This document shows, piece by piece, positions 9,175-18,958 of a stretch of 64,000 nt of DNA. The stretch's first letter is position 1; the number at the start of each line of letters is the position of its first letter. The DNA comes from an uncultured bacterium (GTDB lineage: Bacteria; Verrucomicrobiota; Kiritimatiellia; UBA8416; CAMZLY01): assembly GCA_947311825.1 (NCBI GenBank), contig CAMZLY010000041.1, positions 2,184-66,183 on the forward strand, given 5' to 3'. The position numbers were made by a program, and so were the translations under genes. A model generated the notes under the pieces. It was not told the origin of the DNA, did not search any database, and saw only the letters and a list, made by a program, of their open reading frames with translations.

Positions 9175-9504
9175 ATGGCAGAAACAAGTGTTATTCATAT
9201 CAGTGAAGATAATTGGCAGTCAGTAGTGATTGAATCGGATATCCCTGTACTTGTAGACTTTTGGGCAGAATGGTGCGGGCCTTGCCGTGCAATTGCCCCA
9301 GTGCTTGACCAGGTTTCGGGGACTATGGCTGGTAAAGTTAAAATAGTTAAGGTTAATATTGATAAATCACCTCAGATTGCCGCACAGTTTGGAATACGAT
9401 CAATTCCTACATTGTTAGTCATAAAAGGCGGACAGGTACAGGAGCAGATGGTTGGGGCAATGAATAAAACAGATCTTGAAGCTAAACTACAGGCGTATGT
9501 TTAA
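9175..9504 (+). CDS. trxA: thioredoxin
   Basis: WCGPC active site; 109 aa. Confidence 0.92.
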   Translation: MAETSVIHISEDNWQSVVIESDIPVLVDFWAEWCGPCRAIAPVLDQVSGTMAGKVKIVKVNIDKSPQIAAQFGIRSIPTLLVIKGGQVQEQMVGAMNKTDLEAKLQAYV

Positions 9505-9579
9505 TTTAGCTGAAAAATGATTTTCTATTTTATTACTGCTCTCTTTTGTTGTTATGTAGAGTAGTTACTTTGTACTTTA

Positions 9580-9588
9580 TGCTAGAAT
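9580..9588 (+). promoter_or_regulatory. extended -10 promoter element (TGcTAGAAT) upstream of the FmdB-family gene
   Basis: TGCTAGAAT about 80 nt upstream of the ATG at 9669. Confidence 0.3.
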
Positions 9589-9668
9589 GTTTTCTGTAAT
9601 GGTCGTGTAATATCTTTTTCCCTTTATTTTTCTGATAATAATCTCATTTTTAATTTATAGGAGTTTTA

Positions 9669-10001
9669 ATGCCTACATACGAATATGAATGTTCTAAATG
9701 TAATAACTTATTTGAAGTATTTCAGAGTATGACGGATGCGAGAATTAAAAAATGCCCTGAATGCGGTGGTAAAGTAAATAGGCTTTTTGGTACAGGTTCA
9801 GGTGTTATTTTTAAAGGTAGTGGTTTTTATGAGACCGACTACCGTAGCAGTGATTATCATAGTGCTGCAAAAAAAGAGAACTCTTCTAGTAGTTCTGCCA
9901 CCAAACCTAAAGAAAATAAAAAAAGTAAAGCTGATACCTCTAAGAAAGAGAGTAATTCTAAACCTTCACCATCTCCAAAAAACACAAAAAAAAGTAAATA
10001 A
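9669..10001 (+). CDS. FmdB-family zinc-ribbon protein with a Lys/Ser-rich C-terminal tail
   Basis: MPTYEYECSKCNNLFEV ... CPECGG matches the CxxC-N-CPxCG FmdB signature. The tail is low-complexity and basic. Confidence 0.75.
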   Translation: MPTYEYECSKCNNLFEVFQSMTDARIKKCPECGGKVNRLFGTGSGVIFKGSGFYETDYRSSDYHSAAKKENSSSSSATKPKENKKSKADTSKKESNSKPSPSPKNTKKSK

Positions 10002-10065
10002 TTATAAAAGAGTTACTTTGTCAAAAATGTGGATCTTAAAACGGAAAAAATGATAATAACTGTTG

Positions 10066-10230
10066 AGGCTCTTGCAAAACTATCTGCGGGCACTTTTTGA
10101 TTTTATGCGGCATATTCAGCTTTTTCGCAATTTTACAGACTTTTATGGTATGCTCAATTGCTCAAAAGGTAGGATCTGCTCGCCTAAAATACGAAAAAAT
10201 TGCCTCGCACAGTAGTTTTGCAAGAACCTC
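10066..10230. repeat. MITE-like composite: two inverted copies (about 30 bp) of the element GTGCCCGCAGATAGTTTTGCAAGnGCCTC flanking about 107 bp
   Basis: 10066-10093 (minus orientation) and 10201-10230 (plus orientation). The arm is 28/29 identical to a solo copy at 57963-57991. Confidence 0.45.
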
Positions 10231-10271
10231 TGTTAAAAAAGAGGCATCCATTCGCATGGAGTATCCAGTAG

Positions 10272-11579
10272 ATGAGTTCGGTCCCAAATAGAATAAATTC
10301 ATATTTTATGACATTTTGTGCGAGTGATATATGTTCAGCGTGTTCTAATAAATTCACTTCAGCTCTCAACGAAAGTTTTCTCATTTTTGTTGTTCTGCTG
10401 ATACCGCTGTTAATTTCCACAGTTACCTTTGCCGCATCTACCAACTCTATTTCAGATGTTTCGGATATTATTGTGTTAAAGAGTACATCGGGGCACTATG
10501 TAGTAACTAGTACAAGTAGTATCTGGAATACGTATTTAATGCGTTGGTTAGAAACTGTGGAGTTAAGAGTTAATAATCTTATTGACTTAGAAGTGTCATT
10601 TGATGATTCCAGATTGATCCGCATTGTTGTATCAGATAAATATTCAGGGTCAAGTGAAGTTACTTGGTCACAAGGGTATGTTCAGGGAAAATTTATCCAA
10701 CAGTTAAATATTTATGATTATTTACATTCCGATATTCCGCAATCAGAAGTTGCTCTCTGCGGGTTATTTCTTAATGGATATGTTGTTAACCGGCAACTTG
10801 GGATGAGCGGTGTTGGCGTAAATAATATAAAGAGACGTGTAAATAACATAAAACTAGGAACGGCTCCCTCTTGGTTGGCACTAGGTATTGCAAGAAATCT
10901 ATATCCGGCATACAGGGCTGTTAATTCAAGGGAAGTGCTTAGGGTTTATGATAATGGCGAATTAAAATCAGTATCTGAATTACTTAACCGGTTTGCTGAT
11001 TCTGGAAAAGATAATGATTTGAATGGGAATGTCTGTGGAATGTTTGTCTTGTGGTTGTCAAGGTTGCCTGAACATGCTTTTATGTTTGATAAACTTTTTT
11101 CTATTATTGCAAAAGGAAAACCGGTAACGGCAGTAGAATTATCTTCGATTATTATTAACTGTGATTCGGTTGGAGAGATGAATAAATTGTGGTTTGATTG
11201 GGTTGAGAAACAGAAACAAATGGTATATATGCCTGGGGCACATTTTCCTGGTATGGCTGAAAAGTTGAGAAAAATGTTGGTTGTTACGCCGACAGAGCGT
11301 GCCGTTGCCGGTGGTCCAAGTGGTGACAATAGTATGACCTTTAATGAATTAATACCGCTTCGTAAAAAAGACTGGGTTTCTTCCTGTGCCAGCCAAAAAA
11401 ATATTGCTTTAAAGCTTATGTTTATTGGGCGTGGTAATGATGTTAATGAAGTCGTTGACTTATATTGTCAGTTTCTTCTGGCATTAGAAAAACGTAAAAG
11501 TAAAAGACATTTAGCAAAAGTCCTCATCAAAGCCGATAATGCAATGGCTGAATTTATTAAGAAAAAGGCATTATATTAA
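10272..11579 (+). CDS. hypothetical protein with an N-terminal signal-anchor/TM segment; no recognisable domain
   Basis: 435 aa ORF, hydrophobic segment FLIFVVLLIPLLISTVTFAAS. The start is uncertain (10272 or 10308). Confidence 0.45.
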   Translation: MSSVPNRINSYFMTFCASDICSACSNKFTSALNESFLIFVVLLIPLLISTVTFAASTNSISDVSDIIVLKSTSGHYVVTSTSSIWNTYLMRWLETVELRVNNLIDLEVSFDDSRLIRIVVSDKYSGSSEVTWSQGYVQGKFIQQLNIYDYLHSDIPQSEVALCGLFLNGYVVNRQLGMSGVGVNNIKRRVNNIKLGTAPSWLALGIARNLYPAYRAVNSREVLRVYDNGELKSVSELLNRFADSGKDNDLNGNVCGMFVLWLSRLPEHAFMFDKLFSIIAKGKPVTAVELSSIIINCDSVGEMNKLWFDWVEKQKQMVYMPGAHFPGMAEKLRKMLVVTPTERAVAGGPSGDNSMTFNELIPLRKKDWVSSCASQKNIALKLMFIGRGNDVNEVVDLYCQFLLALEKRKSKRHLAKVLIKADNAMAEFIKKKALY

Positions 11580-11639
11580 AAATGATTCTGCCATAAAAAC
11601 CGCAATGAAATTGCGGGGGGGGGATATCAGGTTCTCAGG

Positions 11640-11993
11640 CTAGCAGTTGAAAAAGCGGAAGCCGGAGCAACTGACGGTGTAGCAGATATAGCGATGAATG
11701 GTGAAATCAGGATATTGGTTCTGTATGTCTGCGGCATAGTTTGTGACTTGTTCCAATTCTTCCGGCTGCGGGGCATCCCATTTAAGTACGCCTAGGTTTT
11801 TTCCCTCTGCTTTATTGGAGTGCTTGAATTCTATTACAAGTATTTGGTTCTTGAAACTTTTTTCAGGTCGTCCAATCGCCTCCCAGTCGCTGCGTCCGCT
11901 TGGGTGATTGACCTCAATGGAAAAGACAAAATCGTAAAAAAGATAGCGGTTGCATAGTTCATAGAAAGTTGTTCGGATAAAGTTTTCGTTCAC
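11640..11993 (-). CDS. PD-(D/E)XK nuclease-like domain protein, probably a truncated remnant
   Basis: 117 aa with GRSDW ... LVIEFK, a D ... ExK arrangement. Its start abuts the partial repeat at 11999-12044. It is too short for an intact member of the family. Confidence 0.35.
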   Translation of the reverse strand: MNENFIRTTFYELCNRYLFYDFVFSIEVNHPSGRSDWEAIGRPEKSFKNQILVIEFKHSNKAEGKNLGVLKWDAPQPEELEQVTNYAADIQNQYPDFTIHRYICYTVSCSGFRFFNC

Positions 11994-11998
11994 CTTGT

Positions 11999-12044
11999 CA
12001 AAAGCCTTGCACTTCTGTATCTATTGTCAACTGCCGAATCTAGG
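11999..12044. repeat. solo right end (46 bp) of the 1341-1514 MITE-like element
   Basis: Identical to 1465-1508 apart from a 1 nt indel. Confidence 0.5.
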
Positions 12045-12121
12045 TTTAACACGTTTTGGATAATAAAACGGTTGTAATGTTGGCTCTACCTGTTACGCCG
12101 TAAAGGCGAAGCCAGAAGGAG

Positions 12122-12157
12122 GATGAGCCAAAATGTTTTAGTTTTGCAAGAGGCTCA
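12122..12157. repeat. solo copy of the TTTTGCAAG-family repeat embedded in a 7 bp hairpin (atgagcc ... ggctcat)
   Basis: tagttttgcaagaggctc at 12139-12156; lies about 190 bp upstream of murG in the same orientation. Confidence 0.35.
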
Positions 12158-12344
12158 TACGAATATGTACATATTATAGAACTACAGAAGAGCAAAGTGG
12201 CGTTTAAGTGCTTCAAGGAAATATGTAATAATCCTGGTGTTAACCAAAATCCTTAGCGAAGAATGTATTGTTTTTTGATAATTATATCTAGGTTAAGAGT
12301 TAAAAAACTTTTGACAGAATCTAATAAAAGCGTAGTGTATTGGT

Positions 12345-13412
12345 ATGAATATTAGTATTGCATGTGGTGGAACAGGAGGACATTTGTTTCCGGGATTAGC
12401 TGTGGCGAAGGTGTTGCGGGCTCGGGGTAATGTTGTTACGCTGTGGGTTGATTCGCGTGCTCTTGTCAGTGCAACGGAGTCTAAGGTCGCTGATAAAGTG
12501 GAGGTGATTAAGGCGAAAGGGTTTTCGTTCGGTGTTTCTTTGCAGTCTGTTGGTGCTATTTTTAGCCTGTTGGGTTCTGTTATCTCTTGTTGGCGGCGTA
12601 TGTTTCGCAATAGGCCTGATGTTGTGCTTGCTATGGGTAGTTATGCCTCTTTTGGACCGGTGGTTGCCGCACGATTGCTAGGCGTTCCTGTGGTATTACA
12701 TGAGGCTAATGCGGTTCCCGGACGTGCTATAAGTTTGCTTGCAAAATTTTCTAGTGTTGTGGCAATTACATTTTCCGATTGTGCAAAATATCTTACGTGT
12801 CGCACAGAGTTAACAGGATTTCCGGTGCGAGATAGTATTGTTCCGTATTTTCCTGATGATATTGAGTTGGAAAAGAATGTTTTTACGGTTTTGATTATGG
12901 GTGGTAGTCAGGGTGCACATAAACTTAATGAGGTTGGGTGTGGTGCTTTTTCTTTGTTAGCAGAGAATGGGGTTTCTGTGCAGGTGGTGCATTTGACGGG
13001 TAAGGCTGATGAGATGGTTGTGCGAGAGAAGTATATGGAAATGGGTATTAAGCATTTGGTGTATCCGTTTTTAGAGGATATGGGACTTGCGTATGGAGTA
13101 TCGGATTTGGTGATTTGTCGTGCCGGTGCATCTACATGTATGGAGCTTGCAAAGTTTAGATTGCCGGCATTGCTTGTTCCGTTACCGTCGGCAATGCGAG
13201 ATCATCAGACGGCAAATGCTAAGTTTTTTGTTGGTGCCGGTGCGGCTGATATGATTGTGCAGAGTGAGCTTTCTGCCGAGAGCTTGGCGGAGTATATTAA
13301 TATGTTGGTCGATGATAGGTCGTTGCTGGTTAAAAAAAGAGAATGTCTTAAAAATATTGCTATAGAGGATGCGTCTGAGCGTATTGCTGACTTGGTTGAG
13401 AAATGTGGGTGA
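12345..13412 (+). CDS. murG: undecaprenyldiphospho-muramoylpentapeptide beta-N-acetylglucosaminyltransferase
   Basis: GGTGGH motif at the N-terminus and GT28 two-domain layout; 355 aa. It stands alone here, not within a dcw cluster. Confidence 0.88.
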   Translation: MNISIACGGTGGHLFPGLAVAKVLRARGNVVTLWVDSRALVSATESKVADKVEVIKAKGFSFGVSLQSVGAIFSLLGSVISCWRRMFRNRPDVVLAMGSYASFGPVVAARLLGVPVVLHEANAVPGRAISLLAKFSSVVAITFSDCAKYLTCRTELTGFPVRDSIVPYFPDDIELEKNVFTVLIMGGSQGAHKLNEVGCGAFSLLAENGVSVQVVHLTGKADEMVVREKYMEMGIKHLVYPFLEDMGLAYGVSDLVICRAGASTCMELAKFRLPALLVPLPSAMRDHQTANAKFFVGAGAADMIVQSELSAESLAEYINMLVDDRSLLVKKRECLKNIAIEDASERIADLVEKCG

Positions 13413-13761
13413 ATGGATGAATCCGTATATTCACAAGACTATGATGGGTGATAAGGGATAGGGAGGGGGATGCACGGTGATGGTATTCTATATAGGGAAG
13501 GTGATTAATGGGGCGTAGCTTAAGGATATTCTAGATTTTTATGGTCGGATCTTTGTGTAGGAATTTGATATTAAACGGACGTAAAAAACAATGCTTGTGC
13601 CTGAACATAATGCCCTTGCCCCTCTCAAAAAAGTATTATTTGTTATAATTTTTCCATTTCTTAATATTTGCCCGTTATAATTTAAGAACAGAAATCTTTC
13701 CGGGCATAAAATATTTTTAGCAGTCAATCATCGTTCCACTGGGACAAGCCCGGTGGTGACG

Positions 13762-16700
13762 TTATATAAATGTTGTTTTTGCGAAGTTGCGAAGTTTTTT
13801 CAAGTCCAGTTTGCCGGTTCCGATGGTGGGAAATTCATCAATCGGAAAATAGTTTTTTGGACGTGGCCGCCAGAGGTTCGGGAGAGTTGATGCGGTAATT
13901 ATCTTCTGAATCTGGTCGGGGGATGTTAGGTCATGCCGATATAATACAATTAGTTTTTCGCCTTTTTTCTCGTCGGGAATGCCGGTTACAAATATTACTC
14001 GTTCGTCTATGTTTAGTTCATTATGAACCAGCTCTTCGATAGAAATATGTGGCACCATTTCTCCGCCTATTTTACTGTAGCGCGACAGTCTATCAGCAAT
14101 AAAAACGAATCCATCTTTATCAATTTTTGCAATGTCGCCGGTTTTATACCAGCCATTAGTCATAACACTTTCTGTCTTTTTTGGGTCATTAAGATAACCT
14201 AGCATGACATTTGCACCTTTGATGAGAAGTAGTCCAGTTGTGTTATTTGGTAGTTCTTCACCGGTATCAGGGTCTACAATTTTTGCTAATATTCCGGGTA
14301 GAGCCATGCCGATACTGCCGTCTTTATTCCCTTTTTGAGGTGCTCTCCCTTTGGCATTACGGACATTAACGCAGGCTACTGGAGAAAGTTCTGTTGCACC
14401 ATATCCTTCCAGCGGACGTACTCCGAATTTCTCTTCAAATTTATCAGCTAATTTTTTGCTTAACTTTTCGGCACCGGTAATTATGAGGCGTAATGAAGTA
14501 AAATCTTCTTTCTTGGCTTTTCTGATATAGGATAGCAGGAATGTCGGTGTAGAAAGCATGATGGAGATTTTTTTATCACGAACCATGTTAACAACTGCGG
14601 CGCTGTCCATTGGGTTAGGGTGATATATTACAGGAACACCCATTAGAAGAGGAACCCATAGTGTGGCAGTAAATCCAAATGAATGAAAGAACGGTAGCAT
14701 ACCGCAGATTGTATCTTTTTTGGTGTAATTCATTACTGAGCCAAAGGTTTCTATATCAGAAATTATGTTGTGGTGCGAAAGGAGAATGCCTTTAGGGTTT
14801 CCTGTGCTACCGGAAGAAAATAGTACTGTTGCCGGATCGTCTGGTTTTACTGTTTTCTTTGTTGATGTTATTCGGTGTGCAGGAATAAATATGGCATGTA
14901 TAGTTGCCATGACTTTATTGAGTGTGGTTATTTGTGGTATGAGCTTTTCAAGGCATATTATTTTCGCATCTGGCTGGAAGTCTGGAATTTTTTCTAGTAG
15001 TTTTTCTGATGTTATTATGGTGTTTATGCCGCACTGTTTTATGCAGGAGTTTATTGTGTCAATAGATGAGGTGACGTTGAGGTTTACGGGGATACGTCCA
15101 TCAAGGATTATTGCAAGGTTTGTCAGGGCGCCTCCGATAGATGGAGGTACAGCAACTCCAATATAGGTGCAGTCCGGGATTTGTTTGTTTATGTGAGCTG
15201 CTAGTGCAATGGAGGAAATCAGTGTTTTTCCGTATGTGATATCTTGGCCGTCAGATTGTGCCATTGCCATTTTGTTCCAGTTGCTGTGAGCTCGTCTTGT
15301 AAAGAGTGTCGGTAGCGTTCGTTTTTTATTTTTTCGTAGATTCATATCGTTATATTCAAGCTCGTGGACGGCACTTTCAACTTCTGCTGTAGTTGCCGTT
15401 GTCGGGAGTGCTGTTCCAAATTGTAGTCTTATGGGGTATGGTATTTTTGTTGGCAGCTGGTTCATAATACCTTTGCCGCTGTGGCTGAAGAAGCTTCCCC
15501 ATGCCCCGCCTATGTATATTGGGATAATTGGGCAGCCGGTTCCTTTTATTATCTTTTCTAGTCCATGCTTAAAGGGGCGCATGTGCCCGGTGCGAGTAAG
15601 GGCACCCTCGGGAAAGATGCATACTAACCTTCCTGATTCTACTGCTTTTCGGGCATTTTTTAGCGATTGCATAATTATTCTTGGTGGATCATTTGGCGAT
15701 ATCGGAATTACTCCCATTAACTTATATAGAGGTTTCATTTTCTTGTTCTCATAAGTTTGACGTGCCATAATGAATTGGATACGTCTTTGGGTTGCGGCAG
15801 AAAGAAGTAGTGTGTCAACATAAGAAACATGGTTTGGGGCGAGTACGGCACCACCTTCGGTAGGAAGATTTTTAATATCATAAAGTTTAATTTTGTAAAA
15901 CATTTTGGCTATAAGAACTGCAATTAGTCGTATAAGGAAATCAGGCAGTATACAGATGGCTATTATTGTAAGTGAGCCGGTCAAAATTCCGATCATGGCA
16001 AAGTTTTGTTTGGCGGTTAATCCAAAATAGTGGCTGAGGATAAAGAAATATGCTACGGAAATTGCTATACTGAGAAAACTGATAAAGTTTCCTGTTGCTA
16101 GTATTTGACCGCGCCTGGCGTGAGGGCTTCGGTGTTGTATAAATGCATTTAAAGGCACTATGAATAGCCCCGATCCAAGTCCGACTATGATGAGGAGTGT
16201 CGCAGTGCTTATGCGGCTTGGTGAGAGTATGCCGAGTAGTATGGTGGATATGGTTAGAAGAATTGCACCCATGGGAACTATACCGAACTCTATTTGCCGT
16301 CCTGATAGACGGGAAGAAAAGAATGCACCGGCGCCTATCCCTAGTGCCACTACGGGGAATAAGTAACCACTTGCAATCCAATCTAGTCCTAGGCAGTCTT
16401 TTGCATATACTAAAATGTTTTGTTGTATGAAAACTGCAACAAATGAAAAGAATGCTGATCCGATAACAGCCATAAATAGTTCCTTGTCAGAATGGATTAT
16501 ACGCATAGTTTTGATGATTTCTCGCAAAAAGAAAGGGTTGAGTTTCTGGTTGGGGTTTTGAACTTTAGTTTTAGGGATTTTAAGGCTAGTTAAAGTGCCG
16601 GCAATGGCTATACCTACACAGCAAATACCAAGCAACAGATAGTTTTTATTTAATACATTTAATAGAAGCCAGGAGGGGGCAAATGCACCAAGAATAACAG

Positions 16701-17151
16701 CAAGGTATGTGGCGCCCACTAGTAGTGCGTTAGTGTGAGGTAATTTTTCCGGTGTTACTAGCTCTGGGATGATTCCGTATTTTGATGGGCTGAAAATTGC
16801 ACTTTGTGTGGACATGAGGAAGATTGTGGTGAATAGTAATACAGGGCTTTCTGCGTAGATGGCAATGCAGCCAAAAATCATGATGGTTGTTTCAAATACC
16901 TTGCTTAGAATTATCACTTTTTGCTTGCTGACTTTGTCGGCAAGAATGCCGGCTGCGTGTGAAAATAGCAGAAATGGCAATACAAAAAAACCAGATGCCA
17001 TAGCAATTACTTCGGCACGGTTGGTGTTACCCATTAAGGTGATGCCGTAAAAAATTACTAGTAACTTAAAAACATTATCATTTAATGCACCAAGAAACTG
17101 TGTTGTGTTAAGCCATTTAAATCCGCTGCTAGTTTGTGTGTGTGTGCTCAT
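13762..17151 (-). CDS. aas: fused lysophospholipid transporter LplT (MFS) / 2-acylglycerophosphoethanolamine acyltransferase / acyl-ACP synthetase (Aas)
   Basis: 1129 aa. The N-terminal ~400 aa are an MFS 12-TM domain. The middle has a PlsC-type acyltransferase motif region. The C-terminal part is an AMP-binding domain (SSGSTGNPKG, GYGATE). Confidence 0.85.
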   Translation of the reverse strand: MSTHTQTSSGFKWLNTTQFLGALNDNVFKLLVIFYGITLMGNTNRAEVIAMASGFFVLPFLLFSHAAGILADKVSKQKVIILSKVFETTIMIFGCIAIYAESPVLLFTTIFLMSTQSAIFSPSKYGIIPELVTPEKLPHTNALLVGATYLAVILGAFAPSWLLLNVLNKNYLLLGICCVGIAIAGTLTSLKIPKTKVQNPNQKLNPFFLREIIKTMRIIHSDKELFMAVIGSAFFSFVAVFIQQNILVYAKDCLGLDWIASGYLFPVVALGIGAGAFFSSRLSGRQIEFGIVPMGAILLTISTILLGILSPSRISTATLLIIVGLGSGLFIVPLNAFIQHRSPHARRGQILATGNFISFLSIAISVAYFFILSHYFGLTAKQNFAMIGILTGSLTIIAICILPDFLIRLIAVLIAKMFYKIKLYDIKNLPTEGGAVLAPNHVSYVDTLLLSAATQRRIQFIMARQTYENKKMKPLYKLMGVIPISPNDPPRIIMQSLKNARKAVESGRLVCIFPEGALTRTGHMRPFKHGLEKIIKGTGCPIIPIYIGGAWGSFFSHSGKGIMNQLPTKIPYPIRLQFGTALPTTATTAEVESAVHELEYNDMNLRKNKKRTLPTLFTRRAHSNWNKMAMAQSDGQDITYGKTLISSIALAAHINKQIPDCTYIGVAVPPSIGGALTNLAIILDGRIPVNLNVTSSIDTINSCIKQCGINTIITSEKLLEKIPDFQPDAKIICLEKLIPQITTLNKVMATIHAIFIPAHRITSTKKTVKPDDPATVLFSSGSTGNPKGILLSHHNIISDIETFGSVMNYTKKDTICGMLPFFHSFGFTATLWVPLLMGVPVIYHPNPMDSAAVVNMVRDKKISIMLSTPTFLLSYIRKAKKEDFTSLRLIITGAEKLSKKLADKFEEKFGVRPLEGYGATELSPVACVNVRNAKGRAPQKGNKDGSIGMALPGILAKIVDPDTGEELPNNTTGLLLIKGANVMLGYLNDPKKTESVMTNGWYKTGDIAKIDKDGFVFIADRLSRYSKIGGEMVPHISIEELVHNELNIDERVIFVTGIPDEKKGEKLIVLYRHDLTSPDQIQKIITASTLPNLWRPRPKNYFPIDEFPTIGTGKLDLKKLRNFAKTTFI

Positions 17152-17372
17152 TGTTGGTTCCTTTTATCTGTTGTTATTGGTTAAATATACACTTTATATT
17201 GCATAAGTTGTGCCAAAACAGAAAATTTTTATAGTTAGGGTGCTAAAGAGTGGTAAAAGTGTAGTAATAATATGCAAGATGCTTTGCTGCGCTACACCCC
17301 GAATGAACTAGAGGGTGGCAAGGTAGCGTTCTTGTATTTGCTCGTCAAGGGTGTTTGAAAAAATCTCAGTTT

Positions 17373-18872
17373 TTATTTCTTTTCTAATTTTAGGTCACGG
17401 ATTTCTATTTGACCGCTAAAATTTCCAGTGACTTTGAATTGTGCTTTTATGCTGTTGGCAGGGATATCGTCTGTAATTTTTGCTGCTAACCAGTTATTTT
17501 TTCTGTAACTGATAGGCTCTTTGAGCATGAATTGCTTTAAAAGTGTAATTTTTCCGTCTTTTTGTTTGATTATTGATAATGATATAGAGATGTTACCTTT
17601 AAAATCATCGCTTTTACGGAATAGCCCATATATGCAGATCCGCATTTTTGGTTTTATGCGTATGGGCGGTGATTCAAGTCGCATTTCGTCTTTTGAATTT
17701 TCGGATTTTAGGAGAAATGTGATGCCGGACTCTGTATTTTGAACTTGGGCTGATTGTTGCCGCTTGTTGCCTAGATGGATAGTCCAGTTATCAATTGCTT
17801 GTCCTGGGGATGATATATGATTTGGCATTTTTAGCAGGTTTTGTTGTTTTGGGGCGGAAATGGCGTTGATTGATGTCGGAATAAGTCCTGTTATGTTCTT
17901 TGACCGATTGTGATACTGCAAAAATATGAAGGCAAAGGTTATGCCTAGTGTCAGAGTTAATGTTAAAATAAGTATGGCGAATATGCGCCAGAAGCTACGG
18001 CTGTGTTGGAGTACTGATAGGTCTTGCACTTCTATTGCGTCTTGTACTGTATCTGCTTCTGTTTGTGCGGGCGAGAAATTTAGTATTTCACGGAGTGGTG
18101 GTTGTTCTTTGCGTGGATCGTGTTTTAGGAACCATGTGCTTTTCGGGTCTAGTGATGCTGCGATCATTGCGTTGCGATAAGCATCAATATCAAATGGAAT
18201 GCGTCTCCAGATTACGCTGTTGTTGTCGGTGTCGTATATGCAGTAGCAGGCACGGGTGTCTGTATCGCGTGGTTGACCGATGGAGCCTACGTTAATAAGG
18301 TAGCGTTTACCTTCCTCCAATTCGAAATCTTGTGGTGGGATAAGGTGCGGTGTTCCGCTATGGCCGAGTAGAAAAATGCCGGGAATGTGAGTGTGTCCAA
18401 TAAAAAGAAGTTTATTGTTGGTGCTGTTCCATGAACTAACTGCGTCTGCTGGATCTATAACATAATTATAGGCTGATGGTTTAGAGAATTCGCCATGACT
18501 GCAACGGAAAATACCGCCATCAAGTGTTAGCGGTAGTGTTCGGAGAAATCTTATAGCATCACTACTAAGTTGAGAATGTGTCCAAAGAATTAGTTTACGT
18601 GCTTTGTCGTTAAAGAGGTTGGAGTTCATTTTTCCGCATACTACAGCGTCATGGTTACCGAGAACGAAGTGATTTATATTGCTGTATGCAGATGCGAATA
18701 CTTCTGCCGGGTTGGGGCCATAGCCAATAATATCGCCAAGGCAGATAATGGAGTCTACGCCAATATTACGTATATCCAGCAAGGTTGCGTCCCAAGCTTG
18801 AAGGTTGGCATGTAAATCTGATACAATTGCATATTGCATAATGCAGTAAGTGTTGTTGTTTATATGAAACAA
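17373..18872 (-). CDS. calcineurin-like metallophosphoesterase with a central TM helix and a C-terminal extracytoplasmic domain
   Basis: DLHAN, GDIIGYGP, GNHD, GHTH phosphoesterase motifs in the N-terminal half. TM FAILILTLTLTLGITFAFIF; about 190 aa C-terminal domain of unknown function. The true start may be the internal MQYAIV (about 18839). Confidence 0.7.
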   Translation of the reverse strand: MFHINNNTYCIMQYAIVSDLHANLQAWDATLLDIRNIGVDSIICLGDIIGYGPNPAEVFASAYSNINHFVLGNHDAVVCGKMNSNLFNDKARKLILWTHSQLSSDAIRFLRTLPLTLDGGIFRCSHGEFSKPSAYNYVIDPADAVSSWNSTNNKLLFIGHTHIPGIFLLGHSGTPHLIPPQDFELEEGKRYLINVGSIGQPRDTDTRACYCIYDTDNNSVIWRRIPFDIDAYRNAMIAASLDPKSTWFLKHDPRKEQPPLREILNFSPAQTEADTVQDAIEVQDLSVLQHSRSFWRIFAILILTLTLTLGITFAFIFLQYHNRSKNITGLIPTSINAISAPKQQNLLKMPNHISSPGQAIDNWTIHLGNKRQQSAQVQNTESGITFLLKSENSKDEMRLESPPIRIKPKMRICIYGLFRKSDDFKGNISISLSIIKQKDGKITLLKQFMLKEPISYRKNNWLAAKITDDIPANSIKAQFKVTGNFSGQIEIRDLKLEKK

Positions 18873-18958
18873 GTCAATATTTTAATGTTGATTTTTATTA
18901 TGATAATGAGTTTAATGGTATTTCAATAGTTTGTTTAATTAGTAGATTGGAGATGTAG

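Noticed and set aside
12293-12610. 105 aa minus-strand ORF overlapping the murG start
   Set aside because: It lies antisense to the well-conserved murG N-terminus and has no supporting signals.
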